NCBI GenBank assembly: GCA_022813865.1 | Contig: JALDZX010000021.1 | Coordinates: 248,001 to 312,000 of the forward strand | From: Xylographa opegraphella | Taxonomy: Eukaryota | Direction: 5' to 3' | DNA length: 64,000 bases | Shown here: positions 37,128 to 47,448 of the stretch, one piece after another | Layout of the letters: the number at the start of each line of letters is the position of its first letter | Numbering within the stretch: position 1 is the first letter of the stretch | The notes under the pieces: model-generated | Told to the model about the DNA's origin: nothing | Databases searched by the model: none | Seen by the model: the letters and a program-made list of their open reading frames with translations, nothing else | Translations under genes and position numbers: made by a program

Positions 37128-40127
37128 TTGACAGGACTGAGGAGCGCCCTCGCAAATGATAATGCCCAAGCGCCCACGGACGGAGACCCACTGCTCCCGG
37201 GGCCAGGCGCACGAAAGGCCCAGGTCAATTGGCCCAAAGCGGAAGCGGAGGGTCTGGGGTGAGCCCGCGTCGACTTGCCGGTAGGCAAAAGATGGATGGC
37301 TTCCTTTTGGGGGTGCAGCCTCTTTGCGCGCTGGGAAACGCCATGCAGCGGCCGTGTGGACAGGTGTGCACCGATCCAGGGTCTGCTGCTTCCGGCGATG
37401 CACATCCACCGAGCGGCAGCCATCTGGTGGTGCATTATTTCATTGTGCCTTATAAGTAATAAGAGGTACAGGGGAGGGGAGAACGCGCTATGCTCGATCC
37501 GTGCTCGGCCCGCCACGCACCTCCACTCTCTTTCCTCCCGTAACGTCTTTCCCTTTTCCCTTCCCCCTTGTCTTTTCCTCTCGATTCGACCTGCTGGCAT
37601 CGCGTCCACCTTCCCCTGGCCATCTTCCACGTCATTTAACCTCTACACAGCTCTCCCTCCTCCTCCCACCTCGTAAGCAGGCATTTCGCTTCGCTCGTCT
37701 GGTTCATGGCCGATGATGGGTTGATGATTCATCTTCTATCATCGTGAACAATGAAGGCGACGTCGTGGTCGCCAAGTCGCAGATGCAACGGAAGAGGCTC
37801 GCATGAGGGTCTCTCCACCCCCCAAAGCCCGCCGCGCATGCGTCTTCTGACATCTTTCTTTATTTAGTGCGCACTTCCCAGGTCAGGTAGAACGTCGCTG
37901 ATGACTTCTGTTGCCGACGCGATTTGCTGACGTCGTCTGCGACCATCGCTTAACACATCTCTCCCCCCCGAACTCCGTGCACTGCATTTGCTGCTGCTGC
38001 TGTGCTCGTTCGCCATCAGTAGTAGTGGCAGTTCCTTTTTGGCTACATGCAGCAGACTGCCGACCCGAGCCCTCTTCTTTCGTCGCTGGCCCCTGTCCCC
38101 CCTTTCCCTTTTCCCTCTTTCCCCTTCTCCAACCACGGCTGTTGACCCGCCTACCTTGCCTCCCACGCGACTCTCGCACATAGCGCCATTGGCCGACACA
38201 TGCACGTCTGTCACTTTTTTCGTGTTCGTCCAGTCGCCGCCTGCACTGGGAGCCAAACAGTCAATACGATTTGATTATGTGGGTAGTCCGGGTTGGGAGA
38301 GAATACTACCTCCGTACGTAGCAGTGTAGCAAAGAAAAAGGGGGGATGGTCTCCGGGAATCGGGATCGTTGGGCCCTCTGGTGCTGGAGGGAATTACGAT
38401 GCTGCAATTTCAGTCGGTCGGTCGGTGGGCGTCTGGACCGACTCGCTTGCGAAGCGATCTCGAACGGGTACGAGGGTACATGTAGGTCCTACTATGAGGT
38501 AGGTTGCTTCGTAAGGTAAGGTACCTTTACCTAACGTGCTCTACACTCTAACCCCACGATCTCCCACGATTGGAGCCATCGATCCACGATGCACTCACGC
38601 TCGGATTGAGATGCTTGGCCAGCTTGGGATCGTGGATGCGCGCGGCCACCACGACCTGTTTTTGTGTCCTTCGATGCGTGAGCCGTGGATCCAGCGTCCG
38701 TAGCTATGGCCGGGTCGTCTAGCCGCCGGACAATCGACGGTGTTTGCCAATGGTCCATGAGTACTACGTAAGGTAAAGGAAGGGCAAGGTACTGTGAGGA
38801 CACCATCGATGAGGAGTGACGGATATCTCGCATCGGCTGTTCGTCCCACAAGCAAACTGAGGTAAGGTACTTCGTACTTGCCTTATTCCAGAGAGAACTC
38901 GAGATTGACCCGCCGCCTCGCTGAACCAATGACGCAAACGGTCAGAAAAGCACTTCCAACCAAGCAAGGCGAAGAGATGGCCGCTTTTGCACGACGGGGG
39001 TGGGCCTCGCGCATGGGACAGACTCCTTAACTACTGGTACAGATGCAGTCATACACCGTACTGTACTTCCTCATCCCATAGGATCGGAACGACCGTCGTA
39101 ACTACGGTCCGCCCCACGGGTGGGGAGGGGTGGGAGGAGGGCATCACCACCAGCCTTCTGTGTCGAGCCGGGTTTTCGCTCCCTTGCTGCCGCGACCCGG
39201 TCCAACCTCGACCGCGGGGTTGAGGGAACCTGTCCTTGGGTCAGGCATTCCTTCTCAGAACCGGGTTCGGATGGATTGTTTATTCAGTCTTATGAATTAC
39301 GTATGTGACAGATACTCTAGTATGTAATTGTCTGGTTGGCCTGTAGAGCGCTGTTTCGAGTGGTCATAAATGGTTGGTGCTGGGTGGTCTACGGCGCTCG
39401 ATTCGTGTTGCAGTCGCTGGCTTGGGGTTGCGCTTGCTTGCTACTGCGTCGATGAGCAGTGGCCTATGGGCTGCGCAACGGCTTTTTTTTTTCTTCAGTG
39501 ATTATTACTGTGTAAGACGAGATCAAGGTTCTCCGTGGAAGCGGGTGGACGATACTCCGTCGTGTTAGTGACGGCTTCTTGAGCCGCGCGGGGGAATGAT
39601 ACTCCAGCATCAGTTCTGCTTCTTTACGGAGTACTGCGTCGAGAAAGGGTGGTATGGCTTCCCATTGCAACTTGATCGTGGGCTTCGAGTATTTCATCGT
39701 TTGGAGCTTGGTTTCTTTGGATCCCTTTGGTTTCGTCTCCCCAAAAGTACTGAGGGCCACGCAACAGTACCAGCTGCTTTTCGGTTGCAGTCTCTGTCAA
39801 GGCCGGATACGACACACGGTATTCTATCTATCTATATGCCGAGTCTCCGAAAGCGAAGGAGGTCTCCGAGGATCAGTGTTGCTTCCATTCTCCTTGGTAG
39901 TATGCAAGGGTTGCTTCTTCGCTCCGGACGTTGCGCTGAGTATACATGAATGAAGTGTTACCCCCTAGGACGGTCCTGAAGGGGGGATGTGGGCTAGGTG
40001 GAGGGACGATATCACTTATAAAAGTGAAGAGACGAAGTCGGTCTTTGATGTCGTTGGCATCCACCACCGTGAACAAAGCCATACCTCCTATCCAGCTCCT
40101 CCCCGCTGCCGCATTCCCATTCCCCTT

Positions 40128-40937
40128 CTAGCTCCCCTCCCTCTCCCCCACCCTCTCCCCACATGCTGATCCAGATCCCTCCCCTTCCGCCGCAAGGCTC
40201 TCCAGCACCCTCTCGACCGCCCACTCCAGCACCTTCTCCATCGGCCACGCGCCCCCACCAGGACAGACGCGGATGCCCAACCGCGCCACCACCCCCTCGT
40301 CCACCGCGCCCTCGACGTCCCCGCCCTCGAACAGGAAGCCGTGCTCCTCCACATAGCCCGGCCACACCACCTGCTCCACATACCCCGGCGGGTCCTCCCA
40401 GAAGCCCTCCAGCGTGACATAGCCCGCCCGCCGCTGCCGCCGCGCCACCGCCGCCGCCCGCGTCGCCCGCAGCAGCAGCCGCACATCGACCCCCTCCCTC
40501 ACCGCCCGCACGCTCTCCCCGAACAGCAAAAAGCCCTCCAGCACGACGAGCGTGCGGCGCTCGCCCTCGCCCTCGCCCGCGCTCCGCAACCGCGCCGCCG
40601 CCACCGCCGCCACCACCTCCTGCAGCCGCGCGACCGTCTCCGCCGGGACGGTGTGCGCGCCGACGGCGTTGCGATCTTCCTTGCTGACCAGCCCGTCCGG
40701 CAGCCGGCCGTGCGCGCGCACGATGCCCAGCGCCGCCTCGAGGCTGGGCATGTCTAGCGCTGCGGCGCAGTCCCAGTCGCGCAGCCCGCGCCGGAAGGGC
40801 AGTTCGTGCTCCGGTCGGTAGAAGTCGTCTTCGTGCAGGAGGAGGGTGCCCGGGAAGATGGAGCGGAGGAGGCGGGCGAGAGTCGTTTTGCCGCTGGAGG
40901 AGGGGCCGGAGAGGCCGATGATGGTGGGGCGGGGCAT
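40128..40937 (-). CDS. NRK1: Nicotinamide riboside kinase
   Basis: P-loop IGLSGPSSSGKTTLARLL, LHEDDFY, DWDC, EGFLLF and R.GYVTLEGFWEDPPGYVEQVVWP; intronless, 269 aa. Confidence 0.92.
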   Translation of the reverse strand: MPRPTIIGLSGPSSSGKTTLARLLRSIFPGTLLLHEDDFYRPEHELPFRRGLRDWDCAAALDMPSLEAALGIVRAHGRLPDGLVSKEDRNAVGAHTVPAETVARLQEVVAAVAAARLRSAGEGEGERRTLVVLEGFLLFGESVRAVREGVDVRLLLRATRAAAVARRQRRAGYVTLEGFWEDPPGYVEQVVWPGYVEEHGFLFEGGDVEGAVDEGVVARLGIRVCPGGGAWPMEKVLEWAVERVLESLAAEGEGSGSACGERVGEREGS

Positions 40938-41236
40938 TTTTGAGGGGGGGAGGTGGGTGGTGGGGGGTTGTGTGGATGGTGGCGAGGGGGATGGAGGGCT
41001 GGGGTTTATTGTATTTCTTCTGTCGCCATCATTCGAAGGTCGGGTGGTGATACGTAGGGTAGGGTAGATACACGATCGACCGTCATTAGCGGTCAGCTGC
41101 ACATCACACCCATTCCACACCCGTCGTGCCCCCCCACCGCGCTAGGGATGGCCCCGCCAAACAAGCAAAACAACCAGAGCATTTAAACCCTAATGGCCCT
41201 GCTCCCTCTCCTTGGCCACATCCCGCACCAACCAAC

Positions 41237-43282
41237 ATGAGCTTCTCTGACCGGAAGGTGTCCGTCAGCGGCAGCGACGCCAAGGGCCGACGCTTCTCGA
41301 TCACCGGCCAGCCGAATGCTTCCAAGTGAGGACCTGACATGCTCCTCTCCGTACCTTCACATGCGCATGTACCGTTCCTGACCGCTCTGCAGTGAACTCA
41401 ATTCGAAAATCCACCGGTTCGTTGACCGCCCCTTCCGATATATACCGACTACGGGCATTGACTATATGCCATCGCAGGCAGTTCCGCGCAGCCCACGAAG
41501 GGCACCGCCCGCACGCTGGACTCGACCCCTCGAGAGCGTCGACGGGTGTCGTCTGGACCACCGAGCGCGCATACGTCAGTTTCACCTCCATCACTTCCCC
41601 CCTCCACTCTTTGCGCACGAAAACGCCCCGGCTCTAACAGCGGTCCCGGCACCAGGAGCATGGCTTCCTCGAGAACCCCGACGCGTGGGCCAATCTCGGG
41701 CAAGGGGCCCCCGAAGTGGACGACGACATCGAAGGCTCCTTCGAGCGGCCGCACACCATCAACATCTCCATGAGCGGCCGCGAGTACGGGCCCACGGCGG
41801 GCATCAAGCCTTTGCGGGAGGCGGTCGCCAACCTCTACAACGTGCATCACAGGCAGGGCAAGCCGAGCCAGTATACGTGGGAGAATGTGTGCATCGTGCC
41901 GGGGGGCAGGGCGGGCTTGATCCGGATCGCGGCCGTGCTGAACAATGCTTACTTGGGCTTCTTCATTCCCGATTACACTGCTTATAATGAGATGTTGAGC
42001 CTGTTCAGGAACGTGAGTCTGCAGGGGCTGCTGGTGACAACATGGGCATCTGCTGATCATATCTGGTTTAGTTTGCGGCGATTCCGTCTCCTCTGTCCGA
42101 AGGTCAGTGCACGTTTGCTGTGTTGTAGTGCCTTTGCTGATGTCGGTTAGCGGATGGGTATCATATCCATCCAGACAAGATCTCAGAGGAGATCGCGCGT
42201 GGCACTTCTGTCATACTTACATCCAACCCCCGGTGAGCTACAACGCACCGAGTCAGGTCGGCACGACCATATTAACAGACCGTGTCAGAAATCCAACAGG
42301 TCAGGTAGTATGCAATCCCGAACTTGCTCAGATCCAAGACATCTGTCGCGATCGAGCGACCCTGATCATGGATGAGTTCTACGGCGGGTACAACTACACT
42401 AGCAATTGCGACGGGACCACCGTCTCGGCTGCGGAGAACGTGGAGGTACGGTTGGTGGTGTCCCGTGCAAAGAGCCAAGGCTGACTCTCGGGCAGGACGT
42501 GGACGAAGACGACGTTCTCCTGATCGACGTGAGTGAACGGCATCCCAAATCCTTCCCACCAGCACCACCCGCTCCATCTAACCCCCAAAACGCAGGGCCT
42601 CACCAAACGCTTCCGCCTCCCCGGCTGGCGCATCGCCTGGATCGTCGGCCCCAAGGAATTCATCAAAGCGATCGGCAGCTGCGGCTCCTACCTCGACGGC
42701 GGCGCCAACGTGCCCTTCCAAGAAGCCGCCATCCCCATGCTGGAGCCGGGCCGCGTCCGGCGCGAGATGCGCGCCCTCCAAACGCACTTCATCGCGAAGC
42801 GCGACTTCGTCCTCGGCCGCCTGCGCGACATCGGCTTCGTCTTCGCCGCCCGCCACGTGCCCGACAGCACCTTTTACGTCTGGCTCGACCTCAGCGGCAT
42901 GCCGGCCCGTATCAGCGACGGCCTTAATTTCTTCCAGGCATGTCTTGAGGAGCGGGTTGTTGTCGTGCCGGGCATTTTCTTCGATTTGAATCCGGCGAAG
43001 AGGCGGGATCTGTTCGATAGTCCGTGTCATCATTTTGTGCGCTTGAGCTATGGGCCAAGGATGGAGGTGTTGCGGAGGGGGTTGGATGGGATTGAGAGGG
43101 TGGTGAGGCGGTGAGTTGGGTTTTTTGGTTTCTGGTTTTTCGGGTTTTTCTTCTTCTCCTCGTTTTATCGGTTTTCTTTTTGTCTTTTCTGTGGAACGGG
43201 CTTTGGGGTTGGGTGCGGTGCATTACTAACGTGTATGCGCTGCTGCAGACACCGAGAAGCGGAGCAGAAGGGCTCGTCGTGA
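41237..43282 (+). CDS. PLP-dependent class I/II aminotransferase (aspartate aminotransferase-like), 10 exons
   Basis: ANLGQGAPE, YGPTAGIKPLR, PGGRAGL, PDYTAY, SNPRNPTG, IMDEFY, PLP-lysine motif DGLTKRFRLPGWRIAW and VVVVPG...FVRLSYG; nine GT-AG introns reconstructed in frame. Confidence 0.9.
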
Positions 43283-44690
43283 TGATATGGGCGCACCCCT
43301 CGTGCTGGGTTGCCATCGTGGTTCTCCAGTGGGGGTCAACCTCGACCGGTTAGGGTGAGGCCAGACCGCAGAAATGGCAGACGGGGTCCGTACGACCATG
43401 TGGGGATTGGGAACGGGGGGTGCTATGTACTCGGATAGATCCCATCAGCCCGCCCAAGGCGATCGCCATACCAAACCAGCTTCCCATAATCCAAGCTCCC
43501 AAGCCTCCGATCCAAGCAAAGTGAGACCTGGTGTCTTACGAATCGCTTCCCTCGAAAGGGGGGGGGGCGTGAGCGCACGAGAAAAACCACCGGCATCGCT
43601 CGTGCTGGCGGACCGATGCACGCGTCTGTGCTGGCTGCTGAACGTCCGGGTCGCGATATCCCACCGCCGCGTGGGTGGCTTTCGTCTCGGGGGGCGAGAG
43701 GAAGGGAGTTCCCTCTCCGCTGTTGCTCCGCTGTCGCTGTGGTAGCTCCCCGTTTTGGGTGAGAGGGTTGTGTGTAGTGTAAAGCCAAGTCCGGCCATCC
43801 ACCCAAACACCCCCCACGCCGCAAACAGCACATCAACCTCCCCCATCCAGTTCACGACGAACAAAGCCACTCCCCGCCCAAAAAGACCCGTCTTTGTCCC
43901 GCCCGCGCACTCAAAGCCCCATCCCCTTCCCTATCCCCATCCCTCCATCCCCCCCGGTAGCCGACGGATTCCCCCCTGCCTTGCCCTGCACAGAGAGAGT
44001 ATCCCCATTCCCATTCCCACCCCCTTTCTTGCATACGTGTGGGAAGGTTATACGAAACGAAACGATACGATAATATATCTATATCCAACACAGCCAGCCA
44101 GCAAAGCCAGCAAAGCGCAAAATGAGCATAACCACCTACCACGACGTGGCCGCGAACGCGTGGGTGGTTGAAGAGACTACCACCACCACAAGAAGTAGGA
44201 AAAAACTTAAACCCACAAAACAACCAAACTCCGCAAAACCCGTAAAGCATGCGCAACCACGACAAAAAGCGGCCGTGCATGCAACGCCGCGCGGCTGGAA
44301 CTCGGGGCTTGTGAGTCGGGGGTGGGTGGGCGGGATGGGCGGGGTGGTTATGCTGCTGCTGGTTGTGCTGCTCATGGGGATGGGGGGAAGAGGGTTGCGT
44401 AGAGGGGGGGATGATGGGTTGGGGGCGTTGGGGACGTGGAGGACGGAGGAGGGGGGGGGAGGAGTGAGTAAGACTGCAGGGATTGGGGGGGATTCGTTCG
44501 GAGGGAAGGAAGGTGGTGAGGTGGGAGTGGGAGTGGGAGGAATGGTATAGGCGTCGAGGGAAAGACCTAAGAAACCCAGCAAATGTCTCCCCAAACAGCT
44601 CTTGAATTCCTTTCTTTCTTTCTTTCTTTCTGCGTTGGCGCCCGTTCTACATCTCACTCCCTCCCGCACCTCCCCTCCCCCCCCAAACCC

Positions 44691-46415
44691 TCACACAACC
44701 CCCTCCTTCCCCCCCCCACCCCAGATCTGCTTCCAAAACTCCCTCCACCCATAATACGGCCTCGTCGAATCCCACACCCTTACCCTCTCGCCCCCGAACC
44801 GCTCCAACACGCCCCCGGGCCGATGGCCAACGACCTCGACCCGGACCTTCGTCGGCGGCGCCGTGGCCCGCTGCCTGATCTCCGCCGGCAGCTGGGCCGC
44901 GACGTCGGCGAAGCAGGCGCGCAGTTCGCGCGGCAGACTGAAGTACGGCTTCTTGGCGAGGTCGGGCGCCATGAGGTTGTAGGAGCGCGTGAGGCGGTTG
45001 AGGTTCTGCAGCGCGAGCGTGTGGTACGGGAGCTCGAGCTTTTCCCAGTCCGGGTCGCGGAAGGGGGACGGGTGGATGGGTGCTGCTGGTTGGGCTGTGG
45101 TGTCGTTGTTGATGGTAGGAGGAGGTTTAGCGGCATCTCCTACAATCTCAGGAGAGCTGACGCTTGGGTTTTCTGCCGCTGTTTGGGGAGACTCTTGGAG
45201 GGTTGTTTCAGTTACTGTAATCTTAGAATCCTCGGTGGCACTCTCAGCACCGGGGTTTTCCGTGATAGTAACCTGCGCGACTTTCCCTTGGCTGTCAACC
45301 TCGGAGAAAGATTCGAACTTGGCAGATTTGGGATTATTCGCCGCTTCTACGGCTGCGTAGGCCTCGGCTCTTCGTATCTGCGTGTCTAGGGACCCTCCTT
45401 TGCTGGCTATCACTCTAGCAGCATGTCGTTTCCAATCAGCCCTCAGTCTAGAGCGAAACACCGATGCTGTTTTCACAAGCTCTTGCTGCTTTTCAATCCA
45501 CGGCGGTACAATCTCTTGCTTTTGAATAATTTTGTTCATAAAGTATTCCGTAGTGTCCAGGAACGGACTACTGGCTGTGTAGTCTCTCTCGATATTCGTT
45601 CCCTTGCCGCGCGGTATGTTTTTGAATTGCCCTCTTGCAATAGCATCCTCGATACGTTCGTTGGCCAAAGCAGCCAGACCTTGAACAGATGTTGGCATAG
45701 GCCGTGCACCGGGGGTGAATCGCTCCTTCAATTGTTTTCGCAACTGTTCCCTCTCTTTCTCGGTCATACTCGCGTCTTGACTTAATGAGTAGATAGACGT
45801 CTTATCTCGGGCGTTTGCCAAACGTTCGCCTCTAGACTTCTCTATAGCTTTCCTCATTCGGAGGTCAACGTTGGCGGGTGTGCCCCTAGGGGCTAATATC
45901 TTGGGAGATCCGGTGCGACGTAGTGGCTTGTGGGCATCGTTGAGCATACGTAGAGCAGCGTCCTCGAGTTTCTCTGAGCCTGTCCATGGCTGCGCGCCTG
46001 CAGTGTCGCGAATTTCCTTCCCAGCACGTGACGGCATATTAATCTGGGCAAAAGCCGCTGGATTGGCGCTCTTGAAACTGCTGTTTCCTATGCGAGCTTC
46101 GAGGCTTCTCCTCAGCTCCTCTGAGAAGCCCGCCTCTTCAACTGATTTTTGTGCGCTGCGCCCGCCTTCCTCAAATGTTCGTTCTGTCATATCCGCAAGC
46201 CTTCTTGACATGGCGCCTTGTTCCTGCTCCATCTCTCGAAGCTGGTCAGTGGTATCTTGTGCTTCAGGTTCGCTGGTCGGTGGCTTATCATTCGCCACCG
46301 AAGTCCGACTGAACCGCCGTGATCCATTGCGGGATGCAGAGGACAAGCCCCGTAGGCCTACCTCTTTGCAACAAAGATTTCGAGGGAGTAGGGGCCGCGA
46401 TCTTATACCGTGCAT
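44691..46415 (-). CDS. Mitochondrial DnaJC28 conserved-domain (DUF1992) protein
   Basis: LAALANERIEDAIARGQFKNIPRGKG, FLDTTEYFMNKIIQKQEIVPPWIEKQ and LTRSYNLMAP; Arg-rich presequence-like N-terminus from ATG 46415. Confidence 0.85.
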   Translation of the reverse strand: MHGIRSRPLLPRNLCCKEVGLRGLSSASRNGSRRFSRTSVANDKPPTSEPEAQDTTDQLREMEQEQGAMSRRLADMTERTFEEGGRSAQKSVEEAGFSEELRRSLEARIGNSSFKSANPAAFAQINMPSRAGKEIRDTAGAQPWTGSEKLEDAALRMLNDAHKPLRRTGSPKILAPRGTPANVDLRMRKAIEKSRGERLANARDKTSIYSLSQDASMTEKEREQLRKQLKERFTPGARPMPTSVQGLAALANERIEDAIARGQFKNIPRGKGTNIERDYTASSPFLDTTEYFMNKIIQKQEIVPPWIEKQQELVKTASVFRSRLRADWKRHAARVIASKGGSLDTQIRRAEAYAAVEAANNPKSAKFESFSEVDSQGKVAQVTITENPGAESATEDSKITVTETTLQESPQTAAENPSVSSPEIVGDAAKPPPTINNDTTAQPAAPIHPSPFRDPDWEKLELPYHTLALQNLNRLTRSYNLMAPDLAKKPYFSLPRELRACFADVAAQLPAEIRQRATAPPTKVRVEVVGHRPGGVLERFGGERVRVWDSTRPYYGWREFWKQIWGGGGKEGVV

Positions 46416-46936
46416 GTAGTAAATAGGATTCGTGTCTATTATCAAGCCTGGTAAGAAGGTCAAAGTAATGAGATCGGACCTAATCTAATGACGTATTGTC
46501 CGAGCCATACCCTAAGCACTAGTTACGCTAGTACCTTTGGTAATAGCAATGTATGAGCTACGAAACCAAAGCCGGAAGACCCGCGGACCGGAGTGTTGTA
46601 ATTGATCGTGTCAACAAACTGATTGTTAAGTCTTGACCTATGTTTACCAGCTTCGACAAAAAAAATAGAGTCCACATATATGATTTGCAAAAGCGAGTAT
46701 CAATCTGCTCACAACATTTCTAGAATACTTGGAGAACTGGAGTGTACGTCTGCCCAGAGCAATTCTACTTTCGTTTTCACATTTTTTTCAATTCTTAAAG
46801 AGCTGGACATTTTTCTCCACGCGTACATGGAAAAACACTTCCGTAACACATCATGATTTGATCGCGCTAGATACGCTCTGGCCAACATGGTCCAGTGTTT
46901 CACCCTTCCCAATAGTATCCCTTGGCTCAATACCGC

Positions 46937-47448
46937 CTACAACAAGGCCACACAGATGACTCCCGCAACCATAAGCGCGCCGGCAGCTTTCATGGCAACA
47001 TTGGTGGTCCTGGCATCCGACGTATCCTTTATGACGATCGAAGCCTCCGCTGCACCGATAGAGCTGAGATAGGACTGAACATCGGTCGGCAGAGCCTGGA
47101 GGTAATCTGGTTCGGCGGTTTCGGTCGCCAGCATGAGGAAGAAGTCCGACGGGTCCGCAGTGAAGCTGTCGAAGACAGCCGACGGCACGCCAGTGTACAT
47201 TACCGAGACGACGCTGGTGAATTGTGGTTGGGCGAAGAGAGACGAGAAGTATGAGGCAGCATCTGAGGCGATGTGTGATTGCTAAGATGGGAATGGATCA
47301 ATAGGAGGATCGAGGAAAATACAAGAGATGGGGCGGAGAGTCTTACCTGGCTGGGATTGGCAGTGACTGTTGCAACGTTTATGCTAGATGCACTGATCGC
47401 CGTGAAGGTGGAGACAAGAGCAGAGGCGAGGAATAGCTTGGTTTGCAT
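46937..47448 (-). CDS. Small secreted, probably GPI-anchored cell-wall protein (~148 aa; exons 47448-47347, 47281-46937)
   Basis: Signal peptide MQTKLFLASALVSTFTAISA; the GTAAGA..CTTAG intron joins in frame to QSHIASDAASYFSSLF...YLQALPTDVQSYLSSI; hydrophobic GPI-type tail KAAGALMVAGVICVALL. Confidence 0.78.

Noticed and set aside
35300..39330. Many overlapping 60-236 aa ORFs on both strands
   Set aside because: No domains, Arg/Ser/Pro/Cys-rich shadow composition and mutual overlap; typical of GC-rich non-coding DNA.
39464..40082. Possible spliced minus-strand gene (MALFTVVDAND... / ...IKLQWEAIPPFLDAVLRKEAELML...)
   Set aside because: Starts only ~45 bp after the NRK1 stop, the splice phases did not join in frame, and there is no recognisable family.
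43388..43480. TACGACCAT resembling a 5S rRNA 5' end
   Set aside because: The rest of the 5S sequence and its internal control boxes are absent.
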